From: Silvanigrellaceae bacterium | Lineage (GTDB): Bacteria > Bdellovibrionota_B > Oligoflexia > Silvanigrellales > Silvanigrellaceae | Assembly (NCBI GenBank): GCA_049423385.1 | Contig: JBMSQQ010000001.1 | Coordinates: forward strand, 1-64,000 | DNA: 64,000 bases | Direction: 5' to 3' | Shown here: positions 30,820-40,796 of the stretch, piece after piece | How positions within the stretch are numbered: the first letter of the stretch is position 1 | Layout: every line of letters begins with the position of its first letter | Position numbers and translations under genes: made by a program | Notes under the pieces: model-generated | Told to the model about the DNA's origin: nothing | The model's input: the letters and a program-made list of their open reading frames with translations, nothing else | Databases searched by the model: none

Positions 30820-31314
30820 TCAAACGGCCCACCTTTCCTTGCGTTCCGAAGCCACATCAACATGGCTGCAAAGCGCACGAACGTCCAAAAGGGTAGCCAA
30901 ACCTTGTTTCAATCTTCCCAATCCAATCATTCCACCAGCTGAAAACGAGCTGGGAATGCTCTTTGCATACTCGATTTCTTTGCTTTCGAGTTGACAAATT
31001 GTCTCGATGGAATCGGCAGCCACGGCCATCAATCCGAGGCCGGATTCACAAACCAGCAGTGCCTTGGGTGTTGCCTTTTCTGCTGTTGCACTGTTGTCCG
31101 GAAACCAAAGCCTCATGTCCACAACGCCAGCAATTTCGCCGCGAAGGTTGATGATTCCCAGATAATGCTTCTTTGTGTTCGGAACAGGGCGAGGCTTGTG
31201 ATACGGAACCACCTCGCGAATACCGGAAAGGGGTGTCCCGTAGAGTTCACCGTGCACACGGAAGAGCAGGAACATGTGACGACTGCCAGTTTCAAATCCG
31301 ACCGGATGGTTCAT
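30820..31314 (-). CDS. cheW: Chemotaxis adaptor CheW
   Basis: LLFRVHGELYG...IREVV...VPNT..YLGIINLRGEI..VVD. Confidence 0.9.
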   Translation of the reverse strand: MNHPVGFETGSRHMFLLFRVHGELYGTPLSGIREVVPYHKPRPVPNTKKHYLGIINLRGEIAGVVDMRLWFPDNSATAEKATPKALLVCESGLGLMAVAADSIETICQLESKEIEYAKSIPSSFSAGGMIGLGRLKQGLATLLDVRALCSHVDVASERKERWAV

Positions 31315-32927
31315 GCGACCTCCCGATCTGTTCTCTGTGACCAGAAGGCATCCGTAATATCCACGAGGTCCACCATCAACACCGGATCTCCGGATCCGGT
31401 CATCATTGTTCCCGCAATTCCCTTCACATTTTGAAGGTGAGGTGCGAGAGGTGTGACCACGGATCTCTCTTTTCCAATCAACCTGTCAATTCCCAACGCT
31501 ATAGGCTCGCGGCCACAGCGCAGAAGCAATGCATGGGCTTTTTCAATTGCGATCGACGCCTGAACCCGCGGACGTTGGCGCGGCGGAACCTTCTCGAGCA
31601 ATTCGGAAAGTGTCACGAAGGGATAAATTTTTGAATTGTACTCGATGAACTGTTTGTCTCCACGCAACGTATGCGTTTTAAAATGGCCCGGCTCAACCAG
31701 ATCATCAATCACTTGATTTGGCAACGAGTAAATCTGATCAAGACTCTCGACGACAACCACATCCATCAACCTCAACGACTCCGGCAACGAAATCTGGTAG
31801 CTGGAAGTTTTGTCCTTCTCTGAAATCACTTTCACTGTTCCGGAAATGACCGACAAGTGTTTGCGCACTTCGTCCAAACGCCTTCTGAGCTCAGTGGAGG
31901 AATTTGTTGGCTCGTTTTCACCAATTCCCCTGCCATCATCTTCAAGGGAAATCCTGACGACTCCATTTTCTGATGTGGCTGAAAGCTTGAAAACGATCGA
32001 AGGAAGCTTTCCGACCTGAACACGCTCATCCGGAGTATCAAAATCCATTTCAAATGCGGTCATGACAAGTTGGGAAAGAGTTTTCCAGAGCCCATCTATG
32101 AGTGCAACATCAACTTCAACTTCTCCACCGTCATGGTCAAACTGAAGCGCAAGACCACGCTCTTCGGCAAGGTCAAGGATGTAATCTTCTATGCGACCAA
32201 ACAACTTGACCAACGAGGTCATTCTCAAACCAACAGCACGATTCTGGATTTCAATCGAAAGCTGTGAGCATATATCCCAAGCGTTGTTGAAGGTCTCGGA
32301 GTTCCGCTCGCCGACCTTCAGGCACTGCGCCATGACCGCATGTTGAGTCGAAAGCCGACCCACAGAATCTATCAACTCCTCAATCCTGAGTTGTTCCAAA
32401 CTGATGGTTTGATTCGCGTGCAACGATCCTTCCTTTTGCAGATGGACCGATTGAATTCCACTGGGCTCATCCTGGGAACCAGCGCTCATGGATTGCGATT
32501 CCGCGAGAGCCCTTTGCATTCCAGACCTGCAAATTCGGATTGCATCACTCAGAGCCGTGATGTCTTCGACATAATCCGGGTCTGTACGGACACCCACCAG
32601 CCAACGGCTGAGTGTGGAATGCGCCAATGTCAGTGTGTCGAGAATTGCTTTGTGGGGCTGACTGTCGCTGCGAAGCAATTCGCGTATGAGTTCCTCACTT
32701 GAACCCAAAGTCTGTGCGAACTCTTCGAGCCCGACTCCTCGGCTGGCCCTGCGAAGGTTCTGCGCACAGCGCATGACCCAAAGCAATGCTTCACGCGTGT
32801 CTTCGCCCTTTTCAAGAGCGCAGCACGCTTCGTCCCACTGGCCGAGCAGATCCGCTGCTTCTCCCAGAAAGATATTGAAGACATCCTGAGGTATGTGCCC
32901 CAACAGTCCCACGTGGTCCTCCGACAC
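31311..32927 (-). CDS. CheA-like protein with degenerate Hpt and kinase motifs
   Basis: Hpt-like N-terminus; dimerisation region; PDER...GK; EDDGRGI; C-terminal CheW-like P5 (GIAGTMMTGSG.PVLMVD); GTG start with GAGG RBS. Confidence 0.8.
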   Translation of the reverse strand: MSEDHVGLLGHIPQDVFNIFLGEAADLLGQWDEACCALEKGEDTREALLWVMRCAQNLRRASRGVGLEEFAQTLGSSEELIRELLRSDSQPHKAILDTLTLAHSTLSRWLVGVRTDPDYVEDITALSDAIRICRSGMQRALAESQSMSAGSQDEPSGIQSVHLQKEGSLHANQTISLEQLRIEELIDSVGRLSTQHAVMAQCLKVGERNSETFNNAWDICSQLSIEIQNRAVGLRMTSLVKLFGRIEDYILDLAEERGLALQFDHDGGEVEVDVALIDGLWKTLSQLVMTAFEMDFDTPDERVQVGKLPSIVFKLSATSENGVVRISLEDDGRGIGENEPTNSSTELRRRLDEVRKHLSVISGTVKVISEKDKTSSYQISLPESLRLMDVVVVESLDQIYSLPNQVIDDLVEPGHFKTHTLRGDKQFIEYNSKIYPFVTLSELLEKVPPRQRPRVQASIAIEKAHALLLRCGREPIALGIDRLIGKERSVVTPLAPHLQNVKGIAGTMMTGSGDPVLMVDLVDITDAFWSQRTDREVA

Positions 32928-33053
32928 CGTTCGTCCTCTGTGGGTTTCGGAATGACCGTTGCGAAAATGAGCCAAGTTGACTGCCAAGAATATGGCGTTC
33001 AATTCTAGTGTACCGGGCAAACGTTGCCAAAAGACGATGAAATCAGACTTTCC

Positions 33054-33081
33054 TAAAGTTTTTCCGGTGCGATGCCGATAA
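33054..33081 (+). promoter_or_regulatory. Sigma28 (FliA/SigD) promoter
   Basis: TAAA-N16-GCCGATAA, near consensus, 28 bp before the ATG. Confidence 0.7.
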
Positions 33082-33109
33082 TGAACAAATTGTTCTGGAG
33101 GCCGAAGTC

Positions 33110-33919
33110 ATGTTCATCAACACTCAACGTATTTTCACGTTCGTGTTTGGAATTTCTGCAGCGGTGGCGGCAGCGGGCTGCGTTCCAGGGCAATACACCA
33201 CAGCGCCACTTCCCACCGCCTATAAAAAGTCGGGTGCAGATGGCACGGGTCAACCGGGAATCACAACCACCGCCGGCTCAGACAGCGGTCAGAAGCCAAG
33301 CACCTCAACCAACTCACCGACCACTGGAACTCCAACCAATGGCTCCACTGGAATCACTTTCGCGCCGGGTGTTCCTGAGCAGGATGCGCTCAGGAAGTGC
33401 TTGAACCTGTGGGGCACTGTTCCGTTCAAGGAGATCAAGCCGTCACAAGTCAAGGTCATGGATGTGAATGTGGGCATTGGCGGTGGATTACTTGGAAGCA
33501 GCTCGCCACTGGGTGGTCTTGGCAACATCATCAACTTTGGAAATCCCAAGGATCTTGAGGTCACGAGTGAACCAAGACTTGTCATTCTGCCACTGAGCGT
33601 GAACGTTGGAGGCGCGACAACATTCGAATTGATGAACCCAAACGGTTGGTACTGCATGAAGGCTGCAGTGGGAGCCAAAAGCACAGTCAACATCAAGATT
33701 CATTGCAACGCGAAACTCGCGCAATCTGATTTGGGTGTCAGCGTTGAAACCAATCCAACGGGCGGCGCAACACCCGGACCAAATGCAACGCCGGTGATTC
33801 CGGTCAAGGTGGGAATCAACGATGGCAAAACCCCGGGAGGGCAACTCGGGATCATGGTTGATTCGAGTGTCAATTTGACCCGCGTCAGCAGCTCAGGCGT
33901 TGCGAACTGCTCTCCCTGA
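33110..33919 (+). CDS. Lipoprotein of unknown function
   Basis: GGAGG RBS; lipobox AAGC; T/S/G linker; Cys-containing beta domain. Confidence 0.7.
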   Translation: MFINTQRIFTFVFGISAAVAAAGCVPGQYTTAPLPTAYKKSGADGTGQPGITTTAGSDSGQKPSTSTNSPTTGTPTNGSTGITFAPGVPEQDALRKCLNLWGTVPFKEIKPSQVKVMDVNVGIGGGLLGSSSPLGGLGNIINFGNPKDLEVTSEPRLVILPLSVNVGGATTFELMNPNGWYCMKAAVGAKSTVNIKIHCNAKLAQSDLGVSVETNPTGGATPGPNATPVIPVKVGINDGKTPGGQLGIMVDSSVNLTRVSSSGVANCSP

Positions 33920-34011
33920 TTTTCTGGACATTTGACTCATCTGCCTGAATTTGAGTTGCCACTTGCCGGCAACGGTGTCACCCTTTTGCATTCGTACAGG
34001 AGGTGACAAAC

Positions 34012-34563
34012 ATGGCTTCGATGGCAGCAGTAGCGTCCAAAGTGTTGTTGGTGACGGGACTTTTGAATTTTTCAGTTGCCCGGGCAGACGCATTGAAAGT
34101 CGGGGACAGCGCTCCAAACCTGAACCTGATCACTCATGAAGGACAACCATTTTCGCTTGAAAGCAGAAAAGGAAAGGGTTGGACAATCCTTTATTTTTAT
34201 CCGAAAGCAGGCACTCCGGGATGCACCAAGCAGGCCTGTGCCTTTCGTGATGCGGCCGAAAACATCCGCAAGCAGGGTGCCGAAATCTATGGAATCAGCA
34301 CCGATACAGCCGAAAAACTTGCAAGCTTCCACAAAGAACACAATTTGAAATTCACCTTGCTCGCAGACCCGGAAGCAAAGGCTGCAGAGGCTTTTGGAGT
34401 CAAGATTCCGGTCATAAAAATCGCAAAAAGATGGACTTTCATGGTGGATCCGGATCTCAAGATTCGCAACATCGACGACAACGTCGATCCACTGCTGGAC
34501 GCAAAAAACGTAGCCGATATGCTCAAAAAGTTTTCTGCCAAGGCTGAAACTAAAAAACAGTAG
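34012..34563 (+). CDS. bcp: Peroxiredoxin BCP/PrxQ with signal peptide
   Basis: YFYPKAGTPGCTKQAC; signal peptide ending ARA; AGGAGG RBS. Confidence 0.9.
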   Translation: MASMAAVASKVLLVTGLLNFSVARADALKVGDSAPNLNLITHEGQPFSLESRKGKGWTILYFYPKAGTPGCTKQACAFRDAAENIRKQGAEIYGISTDTAEKLASFHKEHNLKFTLLADPEAKAAEAFGVKIPVIKIAKRWTFMVDPDLKIRNIDDNVDPLLDAKNVADMLKKFSAKAETKKQ

Positions 34564-34611
34564 ACCCGTTTTCAGAGATGCCGAAAACTGGCCTTCAAGC
34601 TTCAGGCTGAA

Positions 34612-35550
34612 CTACTTTTTCCAGCGATCGTGCATCCAAAAATATTCCTTGGGATTGGCAACAATCATTTGTTCGACGACTTGATTCATCCGTTGTCCGT
34701 TCGTGCGGATGAATTCATCAGCTGTCCAGAGAGAATTCGTCTCGATTTTGAACTCATCGTGAAAAATCACCTGGAATCGATTGTATCCCCTTCTTGCAAC
34801 CGTCACCGGCAGAATCGGTGCTTCATATTGTTTCCAAAGCGCAATAAGACTCGTGTTCGTCCATGCAGGTTCACCAAAAAAGGGCAGGAGGGTTCCTTTA
34901 CTGCGCCGCTGATCCACCATGAATCCAACGACTTCATTTTTCCGCAGGCCATCCAACAGACGTGCTGTTCGGCTGGTTCCTTTGCCACGTTCATTCACGA
35001 TTTCAACAATGCCATTCTTTTCCCGGCGAGCCTTGACCCACAATGCCAACTTGCCCTTGCCGATTGGTTTCACGGGCGCGTGGACCAAGGCAAAGTTTTT
35101 GCCCACGGCAGAGCCCATCAATTCGAAATTGCCCATGTGGATGCCCATCAAATACACGCCACGCCCCCGCCCGAGAGCTTCATTCATTCTCTCCGGGTTG
35201 ATGAATTCAACCTGCTGCTGTGGAAAAACAATGCGGGCCGAAAAAAATTCGAGCGTCGTCAGAATGAAATTTGCAAGGGACGCGCGGCCGATGCCTACGC
35301 ATACGTTGGGATTGGCGTCCCGACCAAAGGCCCTGCCAATGTTTTGCAGAACCATCTTTCGCCGAAGTCGAATGACATCAAAACCTATCACAGCCAGAGT
35401 CCAGGCAATGAAGGAACGCCCACGAGGACCCAGAGCAGCCAGGCTGACTCCCAAGGCTTCTGCCAGAAACACTATCATTTTCAGGATCCTCCCGAACATC
35501 TCTGTCGGAAAATTTTGCAGCGCAGAAAAATCGGGTCGCACGCGACCCAA
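34612..35550 (-). CDS. Lipid A late acyltransferase (LpxL/HtrB family)
   Basis: HMGNFEL, GFMVDQ, PFFGEPA.T, PKEYFWMHDRWK; start uncertain. Confidence 0.88.
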   Translation of the reverse strand: MGRVRPDFSALQNFPTEMFGRILKMIVFLAEALGVSLAALGPRGRSFIAWTLAVIGFDVIRLRRKMVLQNIGRAFGRDANPNVCVGIGRASLANFILTTLEFFSARIVFPQQQVEFINPERMNEALGRGRGVYLMGIHMGNFELMGSAVGKNFALVHAPVKPIGKGKLALWVKARREKNGIVEIVNERGKGTSRTARLLDGLRKNEVVGFMVDQRRSKGTLLPFFGEPAWTNTSLIALWKQYEAPILPVTVARRGYNRFQVIFHDEFKIETNSLWTADEFIRTNGQRMNQVVEQMIVANPKEYFWMHDRWKK

Positions 35551-35556
35551 AGAATG

Positions 35557-35583
35557 TCAAGTTATTGCTGAATTCTCCGATCA
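35557..35583 (+). promoter_or_regulatory. Sigma28-like promoter
   Basis: TCAA-N15-TCCGATCA, about 40 bp before the start. Confidence 0.45.
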
Positions 35584-35621
35584 CCCTCACAGACTCACAC
35601 GTGAAATGGAGACTATCCGCT

Positions 35622-36323
35622 ATGTTGCGCTGCATGGGCCCAATTTCAAGATTACTTTGCGCGGCAGGAGTTTGCTCACTGTCGGCAACAGCCCTGGCTT
35701 CCGATGGCGCACTTCGAATTCCAGCCCTGTCAGCGTTCGCGGAAGTTGGCTACTTTACCTACAAAAGCAAGTTGGCTGCGAGCAACGACACTGGCTTGCG
35801 TTACAGTTATGGCTTTCAGATTTTTGGTGGAGACGACCGCAATCTTGGAGCCGGGATGCGGGCAAACACCATGGCCGCCTCTTTCGCTCTCAACTCGAAC
35901 AAGGTGACGGAGAAAAACCAGTCGTTCATCTTCAATTATCGAAAAGGATTTGTTTACGCAGGCGCCGCATTCGGAACAACGCAGGTTGCCTTCACGGAAA
36001 ATGGAACAGACGCCATGGATGCTTTCGGCAACACCATGGGTGGAAACCTGGGCGCCATGATTCCATTTGGCCGCGGCAATCTTGTTCAAAGCGATGTTCT
36101 CATCCTCAAACCATCCAGCGTGAAGGATTCACAGCAGCGGAACGTCAGCCTTGGCTTGAGAATAGAGTCGGACACCACCTTGAGTTTCGCACTTTCCAGA
36201 AAATTCATCGATCTGGTGCTGGGCTTCAAGTACATCAAGCATACTGCGACGGTTGGCAGTGCCGGCGGCACAGAAACACAGACGATTCCCTCGGCAGGAT
36301 TGCGATTCGGCGCGAACCTTTAA
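35622..36323 (+). CDS. Probable outer-membrane beta-barrel protein
   Basis: Signal peptide ending ALA; amphipathic strands; C-terminus AGLRFGANL. Confidence 0.6.
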   Translation: MLRCMGPISRLLCAAGVCSLSATALASDGALRIPALSAFAEVGYFTYKSKLAASNDTGLRYSYGFQIFGGDDRNLGAGMRANTMAASFALNSNKVTEKNQSFIFNYRKGFVYAGAAFGTTQVAFTENGTDAMDAFGNTMGGNLGAMIPFGRGNLVQSDVLILKPSSVKDSQQRNVSLGLRIESDTTLSFALSRKFIDLVLGFKYIKHTATVGSAGGTETQTIPSAGLRFGANL

Positions 36324-36386
36324 GACAAAATCCTCGCCCGGATCTTTTTGAATTCATTTATTGAAGACTGTTATGACCAGAGAGGG

Positions 36387-36462
36387 TGGTCGGGGATACG
36401 CGACTCGAACGCGTGACCTCTTGCTCCCGAAACAAGCGCGCTACCAACTGCGCTAATCCCCG
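36387..36462 (-). tRNA. tRNA-Pro (CGG)
   Basis: CGGGGATTAGCGCAGTTGGTAGCGCGCTTGTTTCGGGAGCAAG...GTTCGAG...TCCCCGACCA. Confidence 0.96.
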
Positions 36463-36472
36463 AATTAAGCTT

Positions 36473-38536
36473 TCAACGACCACCGAGTCCTTGTTGACCC
36501 GCAGTAGCCCCTCTTTGATTCGTCAATTCGACCAAATCTCGCAAGATATTGAGGGCCTCGCCCAGCTGGATGTCGGATTTGCGCACGACAATATTGTCGT
36601 CTCGCATTTCCTTGAGCTCTTGCTCCTCTTTTTCCTTGTCCTTGATCCGCTCTGCCTTGCTCTTGGCGTCTTCAAGCAATGAAAGTGCAGCGCGATCTTT
36701 TTCCTTTCGAGCCTTATCTATTTTTTCCTTGAGCTCGGAAAATTCTTTTGACTTTGCCACCCGATCCTTGCTGGCCTGTTCCAGTGCGGGAATCAAGGCA
36801 TCTATCTTTCCAATCACGCGAAAGCCGGGAGCCTGCTGAATGGTGTCGTTCTTCAAAACGAAGTCGTTCTCTTTTTCACCCACATCGCTGGCTTCCAGAA
36901 CACTCGGAATCATGATGTCGGACTGCACACCAATTTCCTGGTTGCTGCGCCCACTGGGGCGATAGAATTTTTGTTGCGTGATCTTCAATGCCCCGTTGGA
37001 CTGACGACCTTCTGTTCCAGGAACTTCCTGGACCACCTGAACTGTAGCTTTGCCGTAGGTGTGGCTGTCTCCAACAATCACCGCCCTGCGATAATCCTGC
37101 AATGCACCCGAAACAATCTCAGAGGCAGATGCACTGTGCTTGTTGATTAACACGACCAACGGCCCGGAATATTGCTGCGAAGGATCTGCGTCCAGCAAAG
37201 GTCTGCGACTGCGTTTGCGGTCGACGGTTTGAACCACAGGCCCTTCTTCGATGAACAAGCCCGACAATTGAATGCTCTCGCTCAGATCGCCTCCGCCATT
37301 GTTGCGCAGGTCGAGGAGAACCCCGTCAACCTTTGCGGCCTGGAGTTTTTTCAATTCACGCAGAACATGAATCGCAGCTCCGCCGCATTCGCGAAAGAAT
37401 CGAGCGCGACATGAAAAGTCTGTATAAAACGCCGGAAGGCGAACAACACCGAGCTTTTTTCCATTGACTTCGACAGCTTCGCCCTTGGCTTCGGCGGAAG
37501 CAATTTTCACTGCATCCCGGATGATGGGAATGATGATTCGCTCGGTGTTTCCCTGTTCTGTTTTCCGCAAGACCTGGAGCGTCACGCGCGTGCCTTTTTT
37601 GCCGCGGATAAGTCGCACTGCCTTGCTCAATTCCAAGTCGATCAGATCGGTCGTTCCCTGGCCATCTCCTGAATCAACAGCAACAATCTTGTCGCCCACC
37701 TTGAGACGACCGTCGCGCTGTGCGGCACCACCCGCGATGAGCGCCTGAACGGTGATGTATCCATCAACTTCCTGCAAAGTCGCACCAATACCTTCGAGTT
37801 GATTCCCCAACCTGATGTTGAAATCTTCCTGCTCAACAGGAAGAAGATGCGTGGAATGAGGATCAAGCGACAAGGCGAACGCGTTCAGGAAAAGATTGTT
37901 GACCTCATCCGAACTCATCTCTTCAAAGTTTTTGCGAATTTGATCATAGCGTCGCTTCAGACGTTCTCGTGCTTTGGGTTCACCGTCCGGATCCTTCATG
38001 GTCATGACCTGGAATTTGATTCTCTTGCGCCAGCGCTCATTCAGTTGAACGATGTCTGGAGACCAGTCTTGTTTGCCGACGCTCATTTCCTCTGCGACGT
38101 TGAATGCAAACGGCTTTGCCAACAACGAATCCGCATATTGACTGCGCTCTTTGACGCGAGCCAGGAAAACCTTGTGGACACTGTCGATAAAGCCACAGTC
38201 GGCCTTGGCGATGTTTTCGTCAATCTTTTCTTGCAGCTTGGCGAATTGAGCGAAGTCGGATTTCAGGAAATAAAACTTGCCCGGATCGAGCGTTTCAAAA
38301 AACTTGCCATACGTGCGGCGCGACAATTCCTTGTCGAACGAACGATAGACGTAATGATTTTGCAAATAGACATCGACCCTGTTGCGCACTTCGCGGCACG
38401 TCAGGATCGGATTTGGAGAATTCGCATTTCGGCCAGTCGCTCCACTGGCAACCATCATCAAGGTTGCAACAAGCACTCCGGCGGTTAACACCACCATCCA
38501 GCGCGCTCCCCCTGACCAGCTCCTTGCTTTCACCAT
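36473..38536 (-). CDS. prc: Carboxy-terminal processing protease (Prc/Tsp, S41)
   Basis: LDPHS, LEGIGA PDZ, DLRNNGGG, SASASEIV, YGKATVQ. Confidence 0.93.
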   Translation of the reverse strand: MVKARSWSGGARWMVVLTAGVLVATLMMVASGATGRNANSPNPILTCREVRNRVDVYLQNHYVYRSFDKELSRRTYGKFFETLDPGKFYFLKSDFAQFAKLQEKIDENIAKADCGFIDSVHKVFLARVKERSQYADSLLAKPFAFNVAEEMSVGKQDWSPDIVQLNERWRKRIKFQVMTMKDPDGEPKARERLKRRYDQIRKNFEEMSSDEVNNLFLNAFALSLDPHSTHLLPVEQEDFNIRLGNQLEGIGATLQEVDGYITVQALIAGGAAQRDGRLKVGDKIVAVDSGDGQGTTDLIDLELSKAVRLIRGKKGTRVTLQVLRKTEQGNTERIIIPIIRDAVKIASAEAKGEAVEVNGKKLGVVRLPAFYTDFSCRARFFRECGGAAIHVLRELKKLQAAKVDGVLLDLRNNGGGDLSESIQLSGLFIEEGPVVQTVDRKRSRRPLLDADPSQQYSGPLVVLINKHSASASEIVSGALQDYRRAVIVGDSHTYGKATVQVVQEVPGTEGRQSNGALKITQQKFYRPSGRSNQEIGVQSDIMIPSVLEASDVGEKENDFVLKNDTIQQAPGFRVIGKIDALIPALEQASKDRVAKSKEFSELKEKIDKARKEKDRAALSLLEDAKSKAERIKDKEKEEQELKEMRDDNIVVRKSDIQLGEALNILRDLVELTNQRGATAGQQGLGGR

Positions 38537-38705
38537 TGCGCAAAACTCCTTTTACCAATGACCCTCGGTTCCAACACATACACTGAAGCCTGGGGAGGCG
38601 CTGGTCAATCGGGAAATATGGCCGCCCGACAGACAAAGTTGGCACTTCGCTATTTGTGCCTTATACCCTCACTGGACCCACGAAAATGGAGAACAGGCGA
38701 GCACC

Positions 38706-39191
38706 ATGACGCACCCAACTGCGCCATCAGACACCACCCGGGATGCAAGAATTCACGAGGCATTCGATGCCTATCTGTCCCGTCTTGGCCTGCGTCAGAC
38801 CAAGCAGCGCAAAATCATCGTTGAAGCCGCCCTGCAGATTGGCCCCCATGTGGATGCCGAAGCCATTGCCACCCGGGCACGCCAACTCGACCGCAGCATC
38901 GGAACCGCAACTGTTTATCGCACACTTCAATTGATGACAGCAGCCGGACTTTTGTTGGAACATTCGTTTGGCAAAGACCGGTCAACCTTTGAATTTGTTG
39001 GCCCAGACAAAGAACATCACGACCATTTGATTTGCAACCAGTGCGGCTGCATCGTCGAGTTCTGCGACGAGCCTTTGGAAAAACTTCAAGAACAAATTGC
39101 AAAAAGGCTTGGATTCAGGCTTAAAAACCACCGCATGGAATTGTTTGCGGACTGCCTGACGCCTTCCAATTGCAGTCGACGCAAAGCATAG
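38706..39191 (+). CDS. Fur-family transcriptional regulator
   Basis: LRQTKQR, ATVYRTL, HHDHLICNQCG. Confidence 0.93.
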   Translation: MTHPTAPSDTTRDARIHEAFDAYLSRLGLRQTKQRKIIVEAALQIGPHVDAEAIATRARQLDRSIGTATVYRTLQLMTAAGLLLEHSFGKDRSTFEFVGPDKEHHDHLICNQCGCIVEFCDEPLEKLQEQIAKRLGFRLKNHRMELFADCLTPSNCSRRKA

Positions 39192-39206
39192 AGAGGATTC
39201 ACGACA

Positions 39207-40796
39207 ATGACCGACAATTCAGCCAGCTCGCTCAAGGCCCCCGTTCTGCCCAAGACCAAAATCTTGTGGTCACTGTCGCAGTCCTCGTTTGAGAAAAAAT
39301 CGAGAACCGAAATCGCCGCTCATTTATGCGCAATCGACATCAACGCGCTTCGGGTCACCGTGACTCCCAGCCTGTTGCCTCGTCTGCAAGCACTTCGAGA
39401 AGACATTTCAGCCCAACTGCGCTCGACTCTTCATCGACCAAATGTCGGAGGATTGATTCCCTTTGTGTGCAGCCTTGTGGGACGTCGTGCACGACTGAGG
39501 GTGCCCAATGGCAGCCGCGACATTCCTGCCGGCGAACCATTCACGGTTCTCATGCGCACCGACTTCGAAGCCTGTGTGCATCCGGATCAACTCCCCCATC
39601 CCTCGGATGTGGAAATTGTCATGAGTTCAGCGGATGTTGCGAACAAAATCGCGGTCGGCAGCCAACTGACCGTGTCTTATGGCCAAACAGTTCTGGAAGT
39701 CACCGGACTGGAGACCACGGGCGGGCAGCAAAGACTCAAGGTGGTGGCATCTCAACCAACCCAGCTGCTTTCAGGAATGGATATTCATTCGCCAAACTTG
39801 TCGAGGCAACTGCTCCCGTTGCTTCCCCAGGATGAAGAAGTCATCAACCACAAGTTCAGTCACATTGCCGACTATGTGATCATTCATGGAGTGAACAGCA
39901 AAGAAGAATTGCTCAAAATCAAGGCTCGCATCATGCCTGAACATTCAGGCCAAGGCTCGTTGAGACACCCCAGTGTGCCTGTCGGACCCGCAGTGCGCGA
40001 CAGCAAAGCTTCACTTCCACCTCGTTGGATTTGGAAAGTGGATTCCCGCGAGTCACTGGAACTTCTGCCTACCATTCTCGAGAACGTCGATGGTGTGCTG
40101 TTGAGTCGTTCTGAACTTGGCTTGACCATTCCACCGAACAGTCTTCCGATCATCCAGAAGGATCTTCTCGCACGCTGCAACCAGGCAGCAAAAATCGTGA
40201 TTGTTGCTTCCGAACTCATGTATTCGATGCGGGTCAACCCGAACCCGACACGTGCCGAAGTGAGCGACCTCGCCAACGCTGCTGCAGATGGCGCAGATGC
40301 CTTGTTGTTGGCGGAAGAGGTGACTGAAGGGCCGTTTGGTCCTTTGGTGGCAGAAATGTCACAGGAGACTTTGGTCAACGCCGCACCGTTTCTCGAATCA
40401 AACTGGAATCGGGTTCAATTCCAGGCAAAGTCGGATGAAGACGCCATTGCATATGGAGCATTGAAGGTGGCACGCGAAATTGGCGCACGCGCCATCGTCT
40501 GCCTGACGGAGGGTGGCTACACGGCGTACCGGCTCGCTTCCCTGCGCACACCCGTTGAAGTCATTGCAATCTCGTACAACGAAAACATCATGCGACAGTT
40601 GGCATTGGTGAACTCGGTTCGTGGAATGACCATCGACAGCAATTTGCCGTTTGATCAAATTCTTGCTGAAACAAAGCTGAAGCTTCACCAATCATTTGGA
40701 TTCAACAAGGGCGACAAAATCGTCTTTGTATCGCTCACTGCATCGAGCGTCTCGGCACGAAATTCCAATATTTTCACAGTTCAGGAAATTGATTAA
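39207..40796 (+). CDS. Pyruvate kinase-like protein with a divergent active site
   Basis: KTKI; DGVLLSRSELG; PNPTRAEVSDLANA..DGADA; PK C-domain LTEGGYTA. Confidence 0.8.
   Translation: MTDNSASSLKAPVLPKTKILWSLSQSSFEKKSRTEIAAHLCAIDINALRVTVTPSLLPRLQALREDISAQLRSTLHRPNVGGLIPFVCSLVGRRARLRVPNGSRDIPAGEPFTVLMRTDFEACVHPDQLPHPSDVEIVMSSADVANKIAVGSQLTVSYGQTVLEVTGLETTGGQQRLKVVASQPTQLLSGMDIHSPNLSRQLLPLLPQDEEVINHKFSHIADYVIIHGVNSKEELLKIKARIMPEHSGQGSLRHPSVPVGPAVRDSKASLPPRWIWKVDSRESLELLPTILENVDGVLLSRSELGLTIPPNSLPIIQKDLLARCNQAAKIVIVASELMYSMRVNPNPTRAEVSDLANAAADGADALLLAEEVTEGPFGPLVAEMSQETLVNAAPFLESNWNRVQFQAKSDEDAIAYGALKVAREIGARAIVCLTEGGYTAYRLASLRTPVEVIAISYNENIMRQLALVNSVRGMTIDSNLPFDQILAETKLKLHQSFGFNKGDKIVFVSLTASSVSARNSNIFTVQEID

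Noticed and set aside
34630..36364. Long ORFs 34630-35571 and 34919-36364 (+)
   Set aside because: Antisense to the LpxL-like gene or off-frame to the OMP; no protein-like motifs
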